A stretch of 64,000 nucleotides of DNA, from NCBI GenBank assembly GCA_965219415.1, contig CBDCNP010000002.1:736001-800000 (forward strand). Reading direction: 5' to 3'. This document shows positions 43,487 through 52,758 of this stretch, in pieces. This DNA is from Candidatus Marinacidobacterales bacterium (GTDB taxonomy: Bacteria > Acidobacteriota > Vicinamibacteria > Marinacidobacterales > DATDRI01). A program made the position numbers and the translations under genes. Numbering within the stretch: position 1 is the first letter of the stretch; every line of letters starts with the position of its first letter. Under the pieces are notes generated by a model. The model ran no database searches, was not told the DNA's origin, and saw only the letters and a program-made list of their open reading frames with translations.

Positions 43487-43970
43487 GGGGATGTCCCGCC
43501 GGATGTTGAATTTGGGGTAGCGGCGGCTCCTTGGCCGGCCTAAGAATAGGTCTGCCAAACAACCGTCTCCAGAGGGGGACAAGGAGCCACCAATGCCTAG
43601 GAAATCAAAGAAGCCAGTAAGAAAGCAAACGCACTCGCCTACGGGCAAGGTAGTTGGCCAAGTCGGTCAGATACTGCTACCGATGATAGCTGGGATCGCG
43701 GCCACGAAGGCGGATCTGACGGAATGGGTGTACGCGCAAGGACTGACAGCTCTGCACCTACTGCTCAGAGAGGACGCCGAGGAGATCGCGGGGCTCAAGG
43801 GCAAGCACGAGAAGGAGCGAACTCATAACCACTGGGGGAGCACGAACGGAGAGCTGAGCTTCGGTGGTCGTCGCATCCAAGTGTCGCGACCTCGAGTTCG
43901 CTCGAAGTCGGGGCGAGGAGGCGTCGCTTCCACACTTCGAAGCCTTCCGCGAAGAAGACCCGCTTCCGGG
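43487..43970 (+). mobile_element. Truncated IS256-family element (left end + transposase N-terminus from 43593)
   Basis: IR GGGGATGTCCCGCCGGATGTTGAA; AG.KGKH...R..HWG...G.LSFGGRRI.V.RPRVRS, then frameshift to E..LP.FEAF..EDPL. Confidence 0.75.
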
Positions 43971-44164
43971 CCCGGTCAGCGCCCGTTCTCCTACTTGGGC
44001 GCAAACGTGGCACTCCTCGAAAATCGGGATTAGAGACGAATCCCGAAAATGAGGCCTTTTCCGCCCTTCTAGCACGTCTCTGGTGCCACCTATCCTTGCA
44101 AAACCCCGCCAACCGCACGGAAAATCTCATCCGTCTCTGCAGTGCCACAATTGGCCAGACTAGG

Positions 44165-44241
44165 TGGCGGGGCCGACGAGATTCGAACTCGCGACCTCCG
44201 GCGTGACAGGCCGGCGTTCTAACCAGCTGAACTACGACCCC
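44165..44241 (-). tRNA. tRNA-Asp (GTC)
   Basis: GGGGTCGTAGTTCAGCTGGTTAGAACGCCGGCCTGTCACGCCGGAGGTCGCGAGTTCGAATCTCGTCGGCCCCGCCA, 77 nt with encoded CCA. Confidence 0.97.
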
Positions 44242-44305
44242 GCTCGGTCGTTGGCAGGCATTCCTAACGGGTTTTTGGAAACCCCCGCCTTGGAAAGCGA
44301 GAGGG

Positions 44306-44335
44306 AGTATAGCGGTCACCCCACAGCTTTGTCAA
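44306..44335 (-). promoter_or_regulatory. sigma70 promoter of tRNA-Asp
   Basis: TTGACA-N18-TATACT. Confidence 0.75.
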
Positions 44336-44350
44336 TCTGAGACGCCCTTC

Positions 44351-44383
44351 GGTAGTGTCCTAATTTGAAATTAGGACACTACC
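44351..44383. repeat. 33-bp perfect palindrome
   Basis: GGTAGTGTCCTAATTT-G-AAATTAGGACACTACC. Confidence 0.9.
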
Positions 44384-44537
44384 CGTCCTTCCTCGTAGGT
44401 CACCCCAATAGCACCAAATCAGCCCCCATTAACAAGCTAAGCCTCATCGGGACAAAGCCCTTAAAACCTCAAGTTTCGCTTGAAGTGTTCGTACTCTCTG
44501 TGATATTTTGCAATGTTTGTACTAATGTTGGGATGAT

Positions 44538-44816
44538 ATGAGGCTGACTCGGAACCAAGTTGAGTTCATCGCCCACCGGATCGCCAAGGATCTTATCGAG
44601 CAGGGGCACATCGAATCCGACGACCCGGCCAAGCTGATCGGTGGATTCGTCGATTTAATTACCCAAGAGCTCATGGTCGAAGACCAGCTGAACGATGAGG
44701 TTCGAGATATCCTGACCCAGCACGCCGAGGAGATGCGGCGCACGAATGTCGAGTATCGCGAGATGTTCAAGATGATCAAGAAGAAGCTGGCTCGAGAGAG
44801 GAAGATTATTCTTTAA
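44538..44816 (+). CDS. DUF507 family protein
   Basis: EDQLNDEVRDIL...YREMFKMIKKKLARERKIIL. Confidence 0.85.
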   Translation: MRLTRNQVEFIAHRIAKDLIEQGHIESDDPAKLIGGFVDLITQELMVEDQLNDEVRDILTQHAEEMRRTNVEYREMFKMIKKKLARERKIIL

Positions 44817-44827
44817 GGATCAAAAGG

Positions 44828-45112
44828 ATGCGGCTCTCGCACGGGAAAATCAATCACATCACCAACCTTCTGATGGACCACTTGCGCATCAACCCCGAGG
44901 TGGAGTTCTTCAGCGATGACAGCGAGATCCGCCTGGACATCGTCCGCGTTATCAACGGGGAACTGAAGGACGATGAGGTCATCGACATCGAAGTCAGGCG
45001 GAAGATCGAAAGCCAGCAGCGCGACATCCCCGAAGGCAGTGAAGAGTGGGACATCCTTTACCGCCGATATTACGACGAGGAAATGACCAAGCGGCGCAAA
45101 GTTATTCCCTGA
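44828..45112 (+). CDS. DUF507 family protein
   Basis: MRLS..KINH, VRRKIESQQRDIPEGSEEWDILYRRYYDEE. Confidence 0.85.
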   Translation: MRLSHGKINHITNLLMDHLRINPEVEFFSDDSEIRLDIVRVINGELKDDEVIDIEVRRKIESQQRDIPEGSEEWDILYRRYYDEEMTKRRKVIP

Positions 45113-45118
45113 CCCACC

Positions 45119-45661
45119 TCAATTTATCCTCCACCAAAGCAACAAGCCCGCCGCGAAGCACCCCAGAACCGTTACGTGCTCCCGGTTCTCGATCACTCTT
45201 TTCCAAGAGAACGCGTGTCCTTGAACCGAGCTCCCTTTGCGGCCGGGCACGGGCAACAGCAACGGCACCTCGCGGGCAAAGTCAGCGTAGGCATCAGGAT
45301 GAGCCTCGTGGAGGCTAGCCGCCTCGGCCTTCATCACCGGGACGTAGACCCCCAGCAGGAATGCCGCGAGCAGCAGCCCGACTTCCCACCGCCCGGTGGC
45401 TACCGCGAAGCCGATCCCAACCAAGAAGCTTCCCAGGTAGAGCGGATTGCGCGTCCGTCGGTAGGGCCCGCTCCGAGTGAGCCCCTTCCACTTGACCAGA
45501 TGCCCGGAAGCCCAGATTCGAATCGCTTCGCCGACCACGGTGAGCGCCAACCCGATGGCGAGAAAGGTTGGGGTGGGTCGGGCGAGCCAGACGGCCCCTA
45601 GGCCCAAAACCCAGCCCAAGGGCACTCGCAAGCGGACCAGGGGTCCGGAAAGTTTCTTCAT
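45119..45661 (-). CDS. Isoprenylcysteine carboxylmethyltransferase / PEMT family membrane protein
   Basis: GEAIRIWASGH, L..SGPY..TRNPLYLGS, FSW.RV..NRE. Confidence 0.85.
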   Translation of the reverse strand: MKKLSGPLVRLRVPLGWVLGLGAVWLARPTPTFLAIGLALTVVGEAIRIWASGHLVKWKGLTRSGPYRRTRNPLYLGSFLVGIGFAVATGRWEVGLLLAAFLLGVYVPVMKAEAASLHEAHPDAYADFAREVPLLLPVPGRKGSSVQGHAFSWKRVIENREHVTVLGCFAAGLLLWWRIN

Positions 45662-45909
45662 TTACAAGTGCCACCCACTTGGTGGTGGAGTCTATCACAG
45701 CTCCATTTGGGCTCAGAACAGACGTATTCCAGTGGATTTTCAATGATTTAGCTATTAGTGTAATAATATCAGATTTAAACTCATTAATCTTATTATTAAA
45801 TATCATATTTATTTATTATCTACTAATCATATGCTATTATTACTTCTAGAGATTGAAGAGGAGCGGGCCCCGAAGCCCAATCCCAAACATTCGTGAGGAG
45901 GAGATAGAT

Positions 45910-46341
45910 ATGATAACACTCGTTCGATGGAATCCCTGGAGGGACTTTGGCTCTTTGGCTCGGACGTTCGACCGAAGTTTAGATCGCAGTGAGGATTTCT
46001 TTGGAAGCTGGTCTCCGGCAGTCGACATTTTCGACAACGCCGGCGAGATCGTGTTGAAGGCCGAGTTGCCCGGGCTCAAGAAGGAAGACATCGACATCAA
46101 CGTCGAGGACAACCTTCTGACCGTACGCGGTGAGAGAAAGCGGGAGAAGGAAGTCACTGATAATGACAAGGGCGTCTTCAGGTCCGAAAGAGCCTTTGGC
46201 TCATTCAGCCGGTCCTTTACGTTGCCGACCACGGTGGCGGTGGACAAGATCAACGCCAGCTACAAGGATGGCGTCTTGACCCTCACTCTGCCCAAGGCCG
46301 AAGAGGCCAAGCCGCGACAGATCGCGATCGAGGCTGCGTAA
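45910..46341 (+). CDS. Hsp20 / alpha-crystallin small heat shock protein
   Basis: WSPAVDI, AELPG, LTVRGER, ERAFGSFSRSFTLP, ASYKDGVLTLTLPK. Confidence 0.95.
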   Translation: MITLVRWNPWRDFGSLARTFDRSLDRSEDFFGSWSPAVDIFDNAGEIVLKAELPGLKKEDIDINVEDNLLTVRGERKREKEVTDNDKGVFRSERAFGSFSRSFTLPTTVAVDKINASYKDGVLTLTLPKAEEAKPRQIAIEAA

Positions 46342-46362
46342 GCTTACGGCGCGTTTTTCGAG

Positions 46363-46394
46363 AAGAGCTACCCACGAGGTAGCTCTTTTTTTTT
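46363..46394 (+). terminator. Intrinsic terminator of hsp20
   Basis: AAGAGCTACC-CACGA-GGTAGCTCTT followed by a T-run. Confidence 0.85.
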
Positions 46395-46398
46395 GCGC

Positions 46399-47433
46399 TC
46401 AAGCTCCGTTCAAGCGATCGCGGACCGCGTCCATCACCTCCGGGACCGACATCGAGCGCAGACAGACGGTGTCGAACCCTGGGCAGCGCCTCTTGTAACA
46501 AGGACTGCAAGGTACCGATTTCCAAACCACCACGTCCCCTTTCCCAAAGGGACCGTTTCGCGCCGGATCGGTCGGGCCGAAAACTCCGACTACCGAAACT
46601 CCAAGCGCACACGCAATGTGAAGCGGGCCGGTGTCGCCACCCACGAAAAGGCGCGCTCTCTCGAGATAGGGGATCATTTCCTTAAGCCCAGTCGCCGGAG
46701 CGCGTCGCGCCGCTCCCGCGGAAGAAGAAACGATCCGTTCCGCTAAATCCTCTTCACCAGGACCCCAAAGCACGAGACTCGGAAGGTTCCATTCTCGTTG
46801 GGTCTCCTGCGCCAGCTTCCCGTACCTCTCGGGACTCCACCGCTTTGTCGGCCAGCCTCCACCAGGATTGAGCGCCACGTAGTCCGAGATGCCGTAAGAA
46901 GCCAGGTCCTCCTCGGCGCGCCGGCGAACCTCTTCTGGTATCGCGATAGGAAAAATGCGCTCCGACGTTTCGACTCCAACGGCACGAAGTAGATAGAGGT
47001 TCCTGTCGATGACGTGCCGCACATCCTCCGGCGGCGAAAGACGCTGGTTGGTGAAAATACTTGCGCCCGATTCCCGGAGATGCTCGCGAGCGAAGCCAAT
47101 CCGTTTCGGGCTCCGGGCGAGCCGGCTCAACACCCCGGACTTCAGCAACCCTTGGAAGTCGAATACGGCATCGTAGCGCCGCGCCCGCAATGCGCGCAGA
47201 CCTTCTCCGATTTGGCCCCAGGTCGCGGGAGAGTACAGTCGCCTTCTCCAAGCCAGCGTGTCGACTTCCAACAAGCCGTCGAGGAAGGGGTTCCCGACTA
47301 GGATCTCTTTCGTGCGCGACTCCACGAGCCAATCGATGTGAGCTTCGGGGAACACTTGACGAAGCGCCGCCAGGGCGGGAAGTGTGTGAACGATGTCTCC
47401 GATCGAGCCGAGCCGAACGATGAGAAAGTTCAA
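46399..47433 (-). CDS. waaC: LPS heptosyltransferase I (GT9)
   Basis: VRLGSIGDIVHTLP, DFQGLLKS, GGDTGPLHIA, FGPTDP.RNGP. Confidence 0.88.
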   Translation of the reverse strand: MNFLIVRLGSIGDIVHTLPALAALRQVFPEAHIDWLVESRTKEILVGNPFLDGLLEVDTLAWRRRLYSPATWGQIGEGLRALRARRYDAVFDFQGLLKSGVLSRLARSPKRIGFAREHLRESGASIFTNQRLSPPEDVRHVIDRNLYLLRAVGVETSERIFPIAIPEEVRRRAEEDLASYGISDYVALNPGGGWPTKRWSPERYGKLAQETQREWNLPSLVLWGPGEEDLAERIVSSSAGAARRAPATGLKEMIPYLERARLFVGGDTGPLHIACALGVSVVGVFGPTDPARNGPFGKGDVVVWKSVPCSPCYKRRCPGFDTVCLRSMSVPEVMDAVRDRLNGA

Positions 47434-47912
47434 GGTTTCGAGAACCGTTCTCGCAAGAGCGCGATGAGATCCCGTGTCGAATGATCTTTCGGATCACCCA
47501 CGATCTTGGTGCTACCTCCGATCCGCTTCATCTCCTCGCGCTCTGGAACGCTCTCCTCCGTGTAGTCGGTGCCCTTGCAATGGACGTCCGGCCGGAGAGA
47601 ATCGATGAGGGAGGCCACGGTCTCGTCTTCGAAGATCACCACTAAGTCTACCGCGCCGACAGCGGCGAGGAGCTCGGCGCGAGCATCGGCGTTGAGAAAG
47701 GGACGCCCGGGCCCTTTGAGTGTTGCCACCGAACGATCGCCGTTCACCGCCACGATGAGCAGATCGCCTTCGGCCTTGGCACCCTCGAGATAGCGTACGT
47801 GACCTACGTGGATGAGGTCGAAGCAGCCGTTGGCAAGAACGACCCGCTTTCCTGCGTTACGGGCTTCCGCTGCGAGACGACTGGCCGCCTCGAGATCGAC
47901 TCGCTGACCCAA
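47430..47912 (-). CDS. rfaE2: D-glycero-beta-D-manno-heptose 1-phosphate adenylyltransferase (RfaE domain II)
   Basis: ANGCFDLIHVGHVRYL, LKGPGRP, KGTDY, HST. Confidence 0.9.
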   Translation of the reverse strand: MGQRVDLEAASRLAAEARNAGKRVVLANGCFDLIHVGHVRYLEGAKAEGDLLIVAVNGDRSVATLKGPGRPFLNADARAELLAAVGAVDLVVIFEDETVASLIDSLRPDVHCKGTDYTEESVPEREEMKRIGGSTKIVGDPKDHSTRDLIALLRERFSKP

Positions 47913-47913
47913 G

Positions 47914-48933
47914 TCAGTCCTTTTTGTGGGTGTTTACCGCGGCCGCCAGCTCATCTCGAGAGACCGTCGCGGTCCCCCTCTTCATGACGACGATGCCCCC
48001 GGCGTAGTTAGCTAGTAGTGCGGCTTCATGGAAAGTCGCTCCCGCCCCAACCGCCAAGGTGAAGGTGCTGATGACGGTATCGCCGGCACCGGTTACGTCC
48101 GCGACCTCGTCGGTGCCGAAGACCGAGATGCATTTCGTCTGCCGGCGGGGCTCGAAGAGCATCATGCCCTTGCTTCCCCGGGTCATCAAGATCGCCTGGC
48201 CCCGGAGGCGCCGAAGCATCTGGCGGCCCGACTGCTCAAGGGCTTCCGCGTCGTCACCGATACTCAGGCCGAGGGCCACCTCGACTTCCGGCTCGTTGGG
48301 AGTCGCGGCAGCAAAGCCAGGGTAGTCAAGAATATTGTAGCGGGAGTCGAGAATTGCCAGCTTGCGAAGCGAGTTTGCACGGGTCGCGAGCGAGCGAGCC
48401 ATCTCCGGCGTGAAAAGCCCATACCCATAGTCGGAGGCCATCACCACGTCCGCCCTGGGAAGGAGCTCGGCAATGGCGCGCTGAAGCTCGCGCCGAAAAC
48501 CACCGGCGGAGTTCACGTGACTATCTCGATCGATCCGCACGACTTGCTGCTTGGTCGAATGAACGCCACCGGCGAGGATGCGCGTCTTGGTCGGTGTCTG
48601 GTAGCGAGCCGGAGTCAAGATCGCCGAAGTGTTGATACGAGAGCGGCGGAAACCGGCGAGCAGCTCTTTCCCGGAACCGTCCTTGCCCACCAGCCCCACC
48701 GTCATGGGTCGACCGCCTAAAGAAGCGATGTTGGCAACCGCATTCCCACCGCCACCCGGAACCACCTGGGTGCGATCGTGGTTCAAGATGAGGACGGGAG
48801 CCTCCCGGCTGACGCGGGAGATACGGCCGTAGACGTACTCGTCGGCGACCAGATCGACGACCGCCAGCACTTTGACCCGACCGAATCGATTGACGAGGTC
48901 GAGGAGCCGCCCACGTGTTGGCTCGTACTTCAC
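47914..48933 (-). CDS. rfaE1: D-glycero-beta-D-manno-heptose-7-phosphate kinase (RfaE domain I)
   Basis: SRVSREAPV, PGGGGNAVAN, SDYGYG, TPNEPE, DVTGAGDTV; GTG start overlaps the gmhB stop. Confidence 0.9.
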   Translation of the reverse strand: MKYEPTRGRLLDLVNRFGRVKVLAVVDLVADEYVYGRISRVSREAPVLILNHDRTQVVPGGGGNAVANIASLGGRPMTVGLVGKDGSGKELLAGFRRSRINTSAILTPARYQTPTKTRILAGGVHSTKQQVVRIDRDSHVNSAGGFRRELQRAIAELLPRADVVMASDYGYGLFTPEMARSLATRANSLRKLAILDSRYNILDYPGFAAATPNEPEVEVALGLSIGDDAEALEQSGRQMLRRLRGQAILMTRGSKGMMLFEPRRQTKCISVFGTDEVADVTGAGDTVISTFTLAVGAGATFHEAALLANYAGGIVVMKRGTATVSRDELAAAVNTHKKD

Positions 48934-49505
48934 GCTCCGGCCTCCGAGAGATTGTCCGAAAATATATCCATAAGGGCCGAGTAGAGGTTGGGTGCCACCC
49001 AATCGGGTTGGCGCGCCCAGCCGTTTCGCTGATGCTCGTAGTATCCCTGCCCGAAGCCGGTGAGAACCAGCGCGGAGCGTGCTCCGACACTCCAGCCCAA
49101 TTCCAGATCGGAATAGGCATCGCCGATGACGACGGAGCGGGCCAGATCGACATCGAGCTCTGCTTGGGCTCTGTGCAGCATGCCCGGTTTGGGCTTGCGG
49201 CAGTCGCACTCGCTTTGCATGGGCCCATGCGGACAGTAGTAGATAGCGTCGAGATGTACCCCGGCGTCGGACAGGGTTTTCTCGAACCGGCCGTGAACTT
49301 CGTCCAGCAGTTCTTCCGTGTAGAGTCCGCGAGCGACTCCCGACTGGTTGGTCACCACGATTGCCAGATACCCCTCGCGATTGATCAACCGAATCGCGTC
49401 CACCGTCCAGGGAAACAAACGAAACATGCTCACGTGATTGACGAACCCCACTGGTTTATTGAGCGTTCCGTCGCGATCCAGAAAAATTGCGGGCTTGCTA
49501 CTCAT
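48930..49505 (-). CDS. gmhB: D-glycero-D-manno-heptose 1,7-bisphosphate phosphatase
   Basis: FLDRDGTLN, VTNQSG, CPH...CDCRKPKPGM, IGD. Confidence 0.92.
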   Translation of the reverse strand: MSSKPAIFLDRDGTLNKPVGFVNHVSMFRLFPWTVDAIRLINREGYLAIVVTNQSGVARGLYTEELLDEVHGRFEKTLSDAGVHLDAIYYCPHGPMQSECDCRKPKPGMLHRAQAELDVDLARSVVIGDAYSDLELGWSVGARSALVLTGFGQGYYEHQRNGWARQPDWVAPNLYSALMDIFSDNLSEAGA

Positions 49506-49516
49506 TGAACTAGTAC

Positions 49517-50572
49517 TCAGGGGGAACCCACTCGGTCTCTCTCACGAGAACCGGTTCCTTCGAGAAGCTCTGCGGACGCGCCGTAGACGTCTTCGACCGT
49601 GACTCGGTCCATGCACCGGTGGTCGATGGGACATTCTTTGAGCAGGCAGGGGCTACACTCCACATGCTGCCGCACGACTCTTGCTCTCGGGCTCAGCGGG
49701 CCAGTTTCGCGTTCATCGGTCGGACCAAAGACCGCGACTGTGGGTACGCCGAGAGCCGACGCCACGTGCATCGGCCCCGAGTCGTTGCTGATTAAAATGG
49801 AAAGTGAGCCCACGAGTCCCATGAGCTCGCCCAACGAGGTTTTTCCCGCTAGGTTGACGGATGGTGATTTCAAGTGAGATTGAATCTCTTCCGCGATACT
49901 TTGCTCCCCGGGCCCGCCCAACACCACGATGCGCGCGTTGTGGGAAGCCGCTAAACGATCGCAAACCTCGGCGTAACGCTCGGGGATCCATCGCTTCGCT
50001 CGACTGTTGGTGGCACCAGCGTGAATCCCAACCAATGCCCGCCCATCGTGGCCGTTGCGGTTTCCCAAAAGCTCGACGGCCTTGGCTCGCATCGGCTCGG
50101 TCAGGTTCAAGTGGTTATCGGGCTGGCCGGTCTCGACGCCCAGATGACGCAACAAATCCAGGTAGTAGTATGTCTGATGACGCCCGAACGGCCTCGGTGC
50201 CGGAGCGATAGGGTTGGTCAGGAGAAGCCCCCGGCCATCGTGCGCGTATCCCCAACGCTCGGGGATCCCGGCCACCCAAACGATGGCTGCGGCGCGAAAC
50301 GAATTCGGAAACAGGACAGCCAGATCGAACTTGGCGTCGCGAAGCATACGAGCAGTTCTGAGCAAACCGCGGACACCACTTGACTCACCAGGATGGTACT
50401 GCAGCGTGTCATCCACCGCCTCACAACCCTCGTAGAGCTCTTCGACCCAAGGCTTCGCAAACACCGTGAGACGTGACTCGGGATAGGCGCGTTTCAAGCT
50501 CCGCAGAGCGCCTAGCGACATCACGGCGTCCCCGATCCAACTCGGCGCGTACACGAGGATGGAGCGATTCAA
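49517..50572 (-). CDS. waaF: LPS heptosyltransferase II (GT9)
   Basis: PSWIGDAVM, PNSFRAA, SRAKRW, SNDSGPMH, FGPTD; TTG start overlaps the upstream stop. Confidence 0.9.
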   Translation of the reverse strand: MNRSILVYAPSWIGDAVMSLGALRSLKRAYPESRLTVFAKPWVEELYEGCEAVDDTLQYHPGESSGVRGLLRTARMLRDAKFDLAVLFPNSFRAAAIVWVAGIPERWGYAHDGRGLLLTNPIAPAPRPFGRHQTYYYLDLLRHLGVETGQPDNHLNLTEPMRAKAVELLGNRNGHDGRALVGIHAGATNSRAKRWIPERYAEVCDRLAASHNARIVVLGGPGEQSIAEEIQSHLKSPSVNLAGKTSLGELMGLVGSLSILISNDSGPMHVASALGVPTVAVFGPTDERETGPLSPRARVVRQHVECSPCLLKECPIDHRCMDRVTVEDVYGASAELLEGTGSRERDRVGSP

Positions 50573-51522
50573 CTCGCTTCTCCCTCGCGAATCGCCGCCT
50601 CCGCTACCTCTCGCTCTCCCGGCGGCCTGGTCTTCCAACGTCGGTGCATCCAAAGCCAGTACTCGGGGTTTCGGCGCACGTAGCCTTCGAGAACTCCCAC
50701 GCACCGCTGCGTGAGATCCTGGATGACGCGGCGACGTTCGGGACCTCGGTAGGAAACGTAGGGGCTGGAATCGATCGGCGTCTCGTAGATCAACCGGTAC
50801 CGACCGTCCGCAAGAGGCAATGTGAAAACCGGTACCAAGGCGGCTCCGGTCTTGGCCGCGAGCCAGGCAACAACGGGCGTCGTCGCCGCTGGCCGACCGA
50901 AGAAGTCGACAAAGATAGCGTCTTCGGTGGAAACATTTTGATCGACGAGCACCGCAACGGTCTCCCCGTCTTTCAGCATTCGGAGCATCCGGGCCAACGC
51001 CCGCTGTTTGTAGAGCACGGTATTCGAGGAAACGGTTCGGATCTCCTCGAGCCATCGGTTGTAATGAGGGTTGTCTTGTAGCCGCGCTACTACCCCTATC
51101 GGTCGCATGCGGTAGGCGTGCGCGATGGCGTGAATCTCCCAATTCCCGAAGTGAGCCGCTACGAGAAGGACTCCCCTGCCTGCGGAGCGAGCACGTTCGT
51201 AGTTCTCCAGTCCTTCGAACTCGACGATTTTTTCGATCCTGCGCTGGGACGGTTTTCCTAGAGCTAGGAGCTCGAAGAGCATGGCGCCGAAGTGACGGAA
51301 GGTCCCGCGCGCAATCGCGTACGTCTCCTCCGCGGACTTCGTGGAATCGAACGCGGTGTTCAAGTTGTTGATGGTGACCGCTTGGTGCTTCTTGTCGAGG
51401 GAGAAAACGATGCTGCCGAGCGTCCTTCCGAGCGCCAAGCGGGACCGGCGAGGAAGCGGCCGCATCGCGTAGCCGAAAGCAAGCGCGGCCAGGTACTCCG
51501 CGTGGTGCCGAACTGTTGTCAT
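50569..51522 (-). CDS. lpxL: Lipid A late acyltransferase (LpxL/HtrB family)
   Basis: AHFGNWE, LVDQN, FFGRPA.T, PEYWLWMHRRWK. Confidence 0.88.
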   Translation of the reverse strand: MTTVRHHAEYLAALAFGYAMRPLPRRSRLALGRTLGSIVFSLDKKHQAVTINNLNTAFDSTKSAEETYAIARGTFRHFGAMLFELLALGKPSQRRIEKIVEFEGLENYERARSAGRGVLLVAAHFGNWEIHAIAHAYRMRPIGVVARLQDNPHYNRWLEEIRTVSSNTVLYKQRALARMLRMLKDGETVAVLVDQNVSTEDAIFVDFFGRPAATTPVVAWLAAKTGAALVPVFTLPLADGRYRLIYETPIDSSPYVSYRGPERRRVIQDLTQRCVGVLEGYVRRNPEYWLWMHRRWKTRPPGEREVAEAAIREGEAS

Positions 51523-51657
51523 CTATAGGTTTATCCCCAGGACCTTCTCTGGAAGGTGCCACGGGCTTGCCGTCGAACCCGTCAGGCCCGTGAGGGCGCC
51601 TTGATTTTACAACGAGAAAGCTAGAGGTAAAAGCCTAACTTTATGGAGGACACGCCT

Positions 51658-52758
51658 TTACGCGGTGTCGTCGTTTAGGGAGTGGGGGCTTTCGAGCCCC
51701 GGCATCGTATCTAGCAGAACTTCAAAGGCTTCCGACTCGAGGATTCGCGTCTCCAGGCTGGCCTGGTAGAGCGGCAGGACACCATCTCGGACTGCCGACA
51801 TTTTCACGGCGTCCTTCCCGGTCGTCACCATCGCTTTGGCTCCGCTGGATTGCGCGGCTCGGAGAAGCTGCCTGACCTCGTCAGGCCGCCACGCGTGGTG
51901 ATCCCTCTTGGAGCACGACCACACCACACGAGCTCCGCACGTCTCGACATCCTGCCGAAGCCGCTCGGGCCGGGCGATGGCGGCCAATATGCCCACGTCC
52001 TGACCGCGAAGGCTGTCGGGCGGGAGCATCTTCTCCGGATCCCCGAGGCGGTGCAGCGCCGAGATGCTGTTGACCGACCGAAAGATGGGCCGGTCGTAGC
52101 TAAGGGATCGCAGGACCCGCGACTCCAAGGATTTGGAAGGGCTCCCCTCTCGCCAACGCGTCCACACCAAAGCTCCGGCTCTCTCCAGATTGGCGAACGG
52201 CTCGCGCAACCTTCCCGCCGGGAGCATACGGAGTGTCCCCACCGGCTCTTCGGCATCGATACATACGATGTCGAGATTACGAACAAGTCGCCGATGTTGG
52301 AATCCATCGTCGAGAATGAAGATTTGCGGGCCTCGTTTGCGATAGAGCTCCATCCCCACCTCGTAGCGGTTGGCCCCGACGGCGACCGCGAGTCCGGGAA
52401 CTTGCTGGGCCAGCTCCATGGGCTCATCGCCTGCCTCGTCCACCCCGGCGAGAATGGACCGGCCGTCCGACACCACCAAGTGGGTGGCACCTGAAGAGGC
52501 CCTCCGGTAACCCCTCGAGAGAACCGTCACCGGGCGGCCCTGAGAGAGAAAGTGGCGGGCGATGTGCGCCACCAACGGTGTCTTGCCGCTCCCGCCGACG
52601 GTGAGATTCCCCACGCTGATCACCGCCGCGGGAAGCTCTTTCATCGCGAGAACATCTCGCTCGTAGAGCCAGTTCCGCGCTTCTACGACCGCACCATAGG
52701 CCCATGACATGGGCACCGTGGCAGGCAATGCGATCGTCTCCAAAACGGAACCGCTCAT
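51658..52758 (-). CDS. lpxK: Tetraacyldisaccharide 4'-kinase
   Basis: SVGNLTVGGSGKTP, LSRGY, GDEP, LDDGFQH, PAGRLRE, TT.KDAVK. Confidence 0.93.
   Translation of the reverse strand: MSGSVLETIALPATVPMSWAYGAVVEARNWLYERDVLAMKELPAAVISVGNLTVGGSGKTPLVAHIARHFLSQGRPVTVLSRGYRRASSGATHLVVSDGRSILAGVDEAGDEPMELAQQVPGLAVAVGANRYEVGMELYRKRGPQIFILDDGFQHRRLVRNLDIVCIDAEEPVGTLRMLPAGRLREPFANLERAGALVWTRWREGSPSKSLESRVLRSLSYDRPIFRSVNSISALHRLGDPEKMLPPDSLRGQDVGILAAIARPERLRQDVETCGARVVWSCSKRDHHAWRPDEVRQLLRAAQSSGAKAMVTTGKDAVKMSAVRDGVLPLYQASLETRILESEAFEVLLDTMPGLESPHSLNDDTA

Noticed and set aside
45735-45850. Replication origin or dif site
   Set aside because: No DnaA-box cluster or XerC/XerD consensus seen, and no dnaA/gidA context
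50573-51562. 681-aa waaF ORF and other long overlapping or antisense ORFs (also the 48934-49209 and 52759-52863 extensions)
   Set aside because: Shadow frames typical of GC-rich DNA; the true starts overlap upstream stop codons
51560-51595. tmRNA-like 5' end (GGGCCTGAC..GGTTCGAC) on the minus strand
   Set aside because: Only a short hairpin in a 135-bp gap; no tag ORF or tRNA-like 3' end
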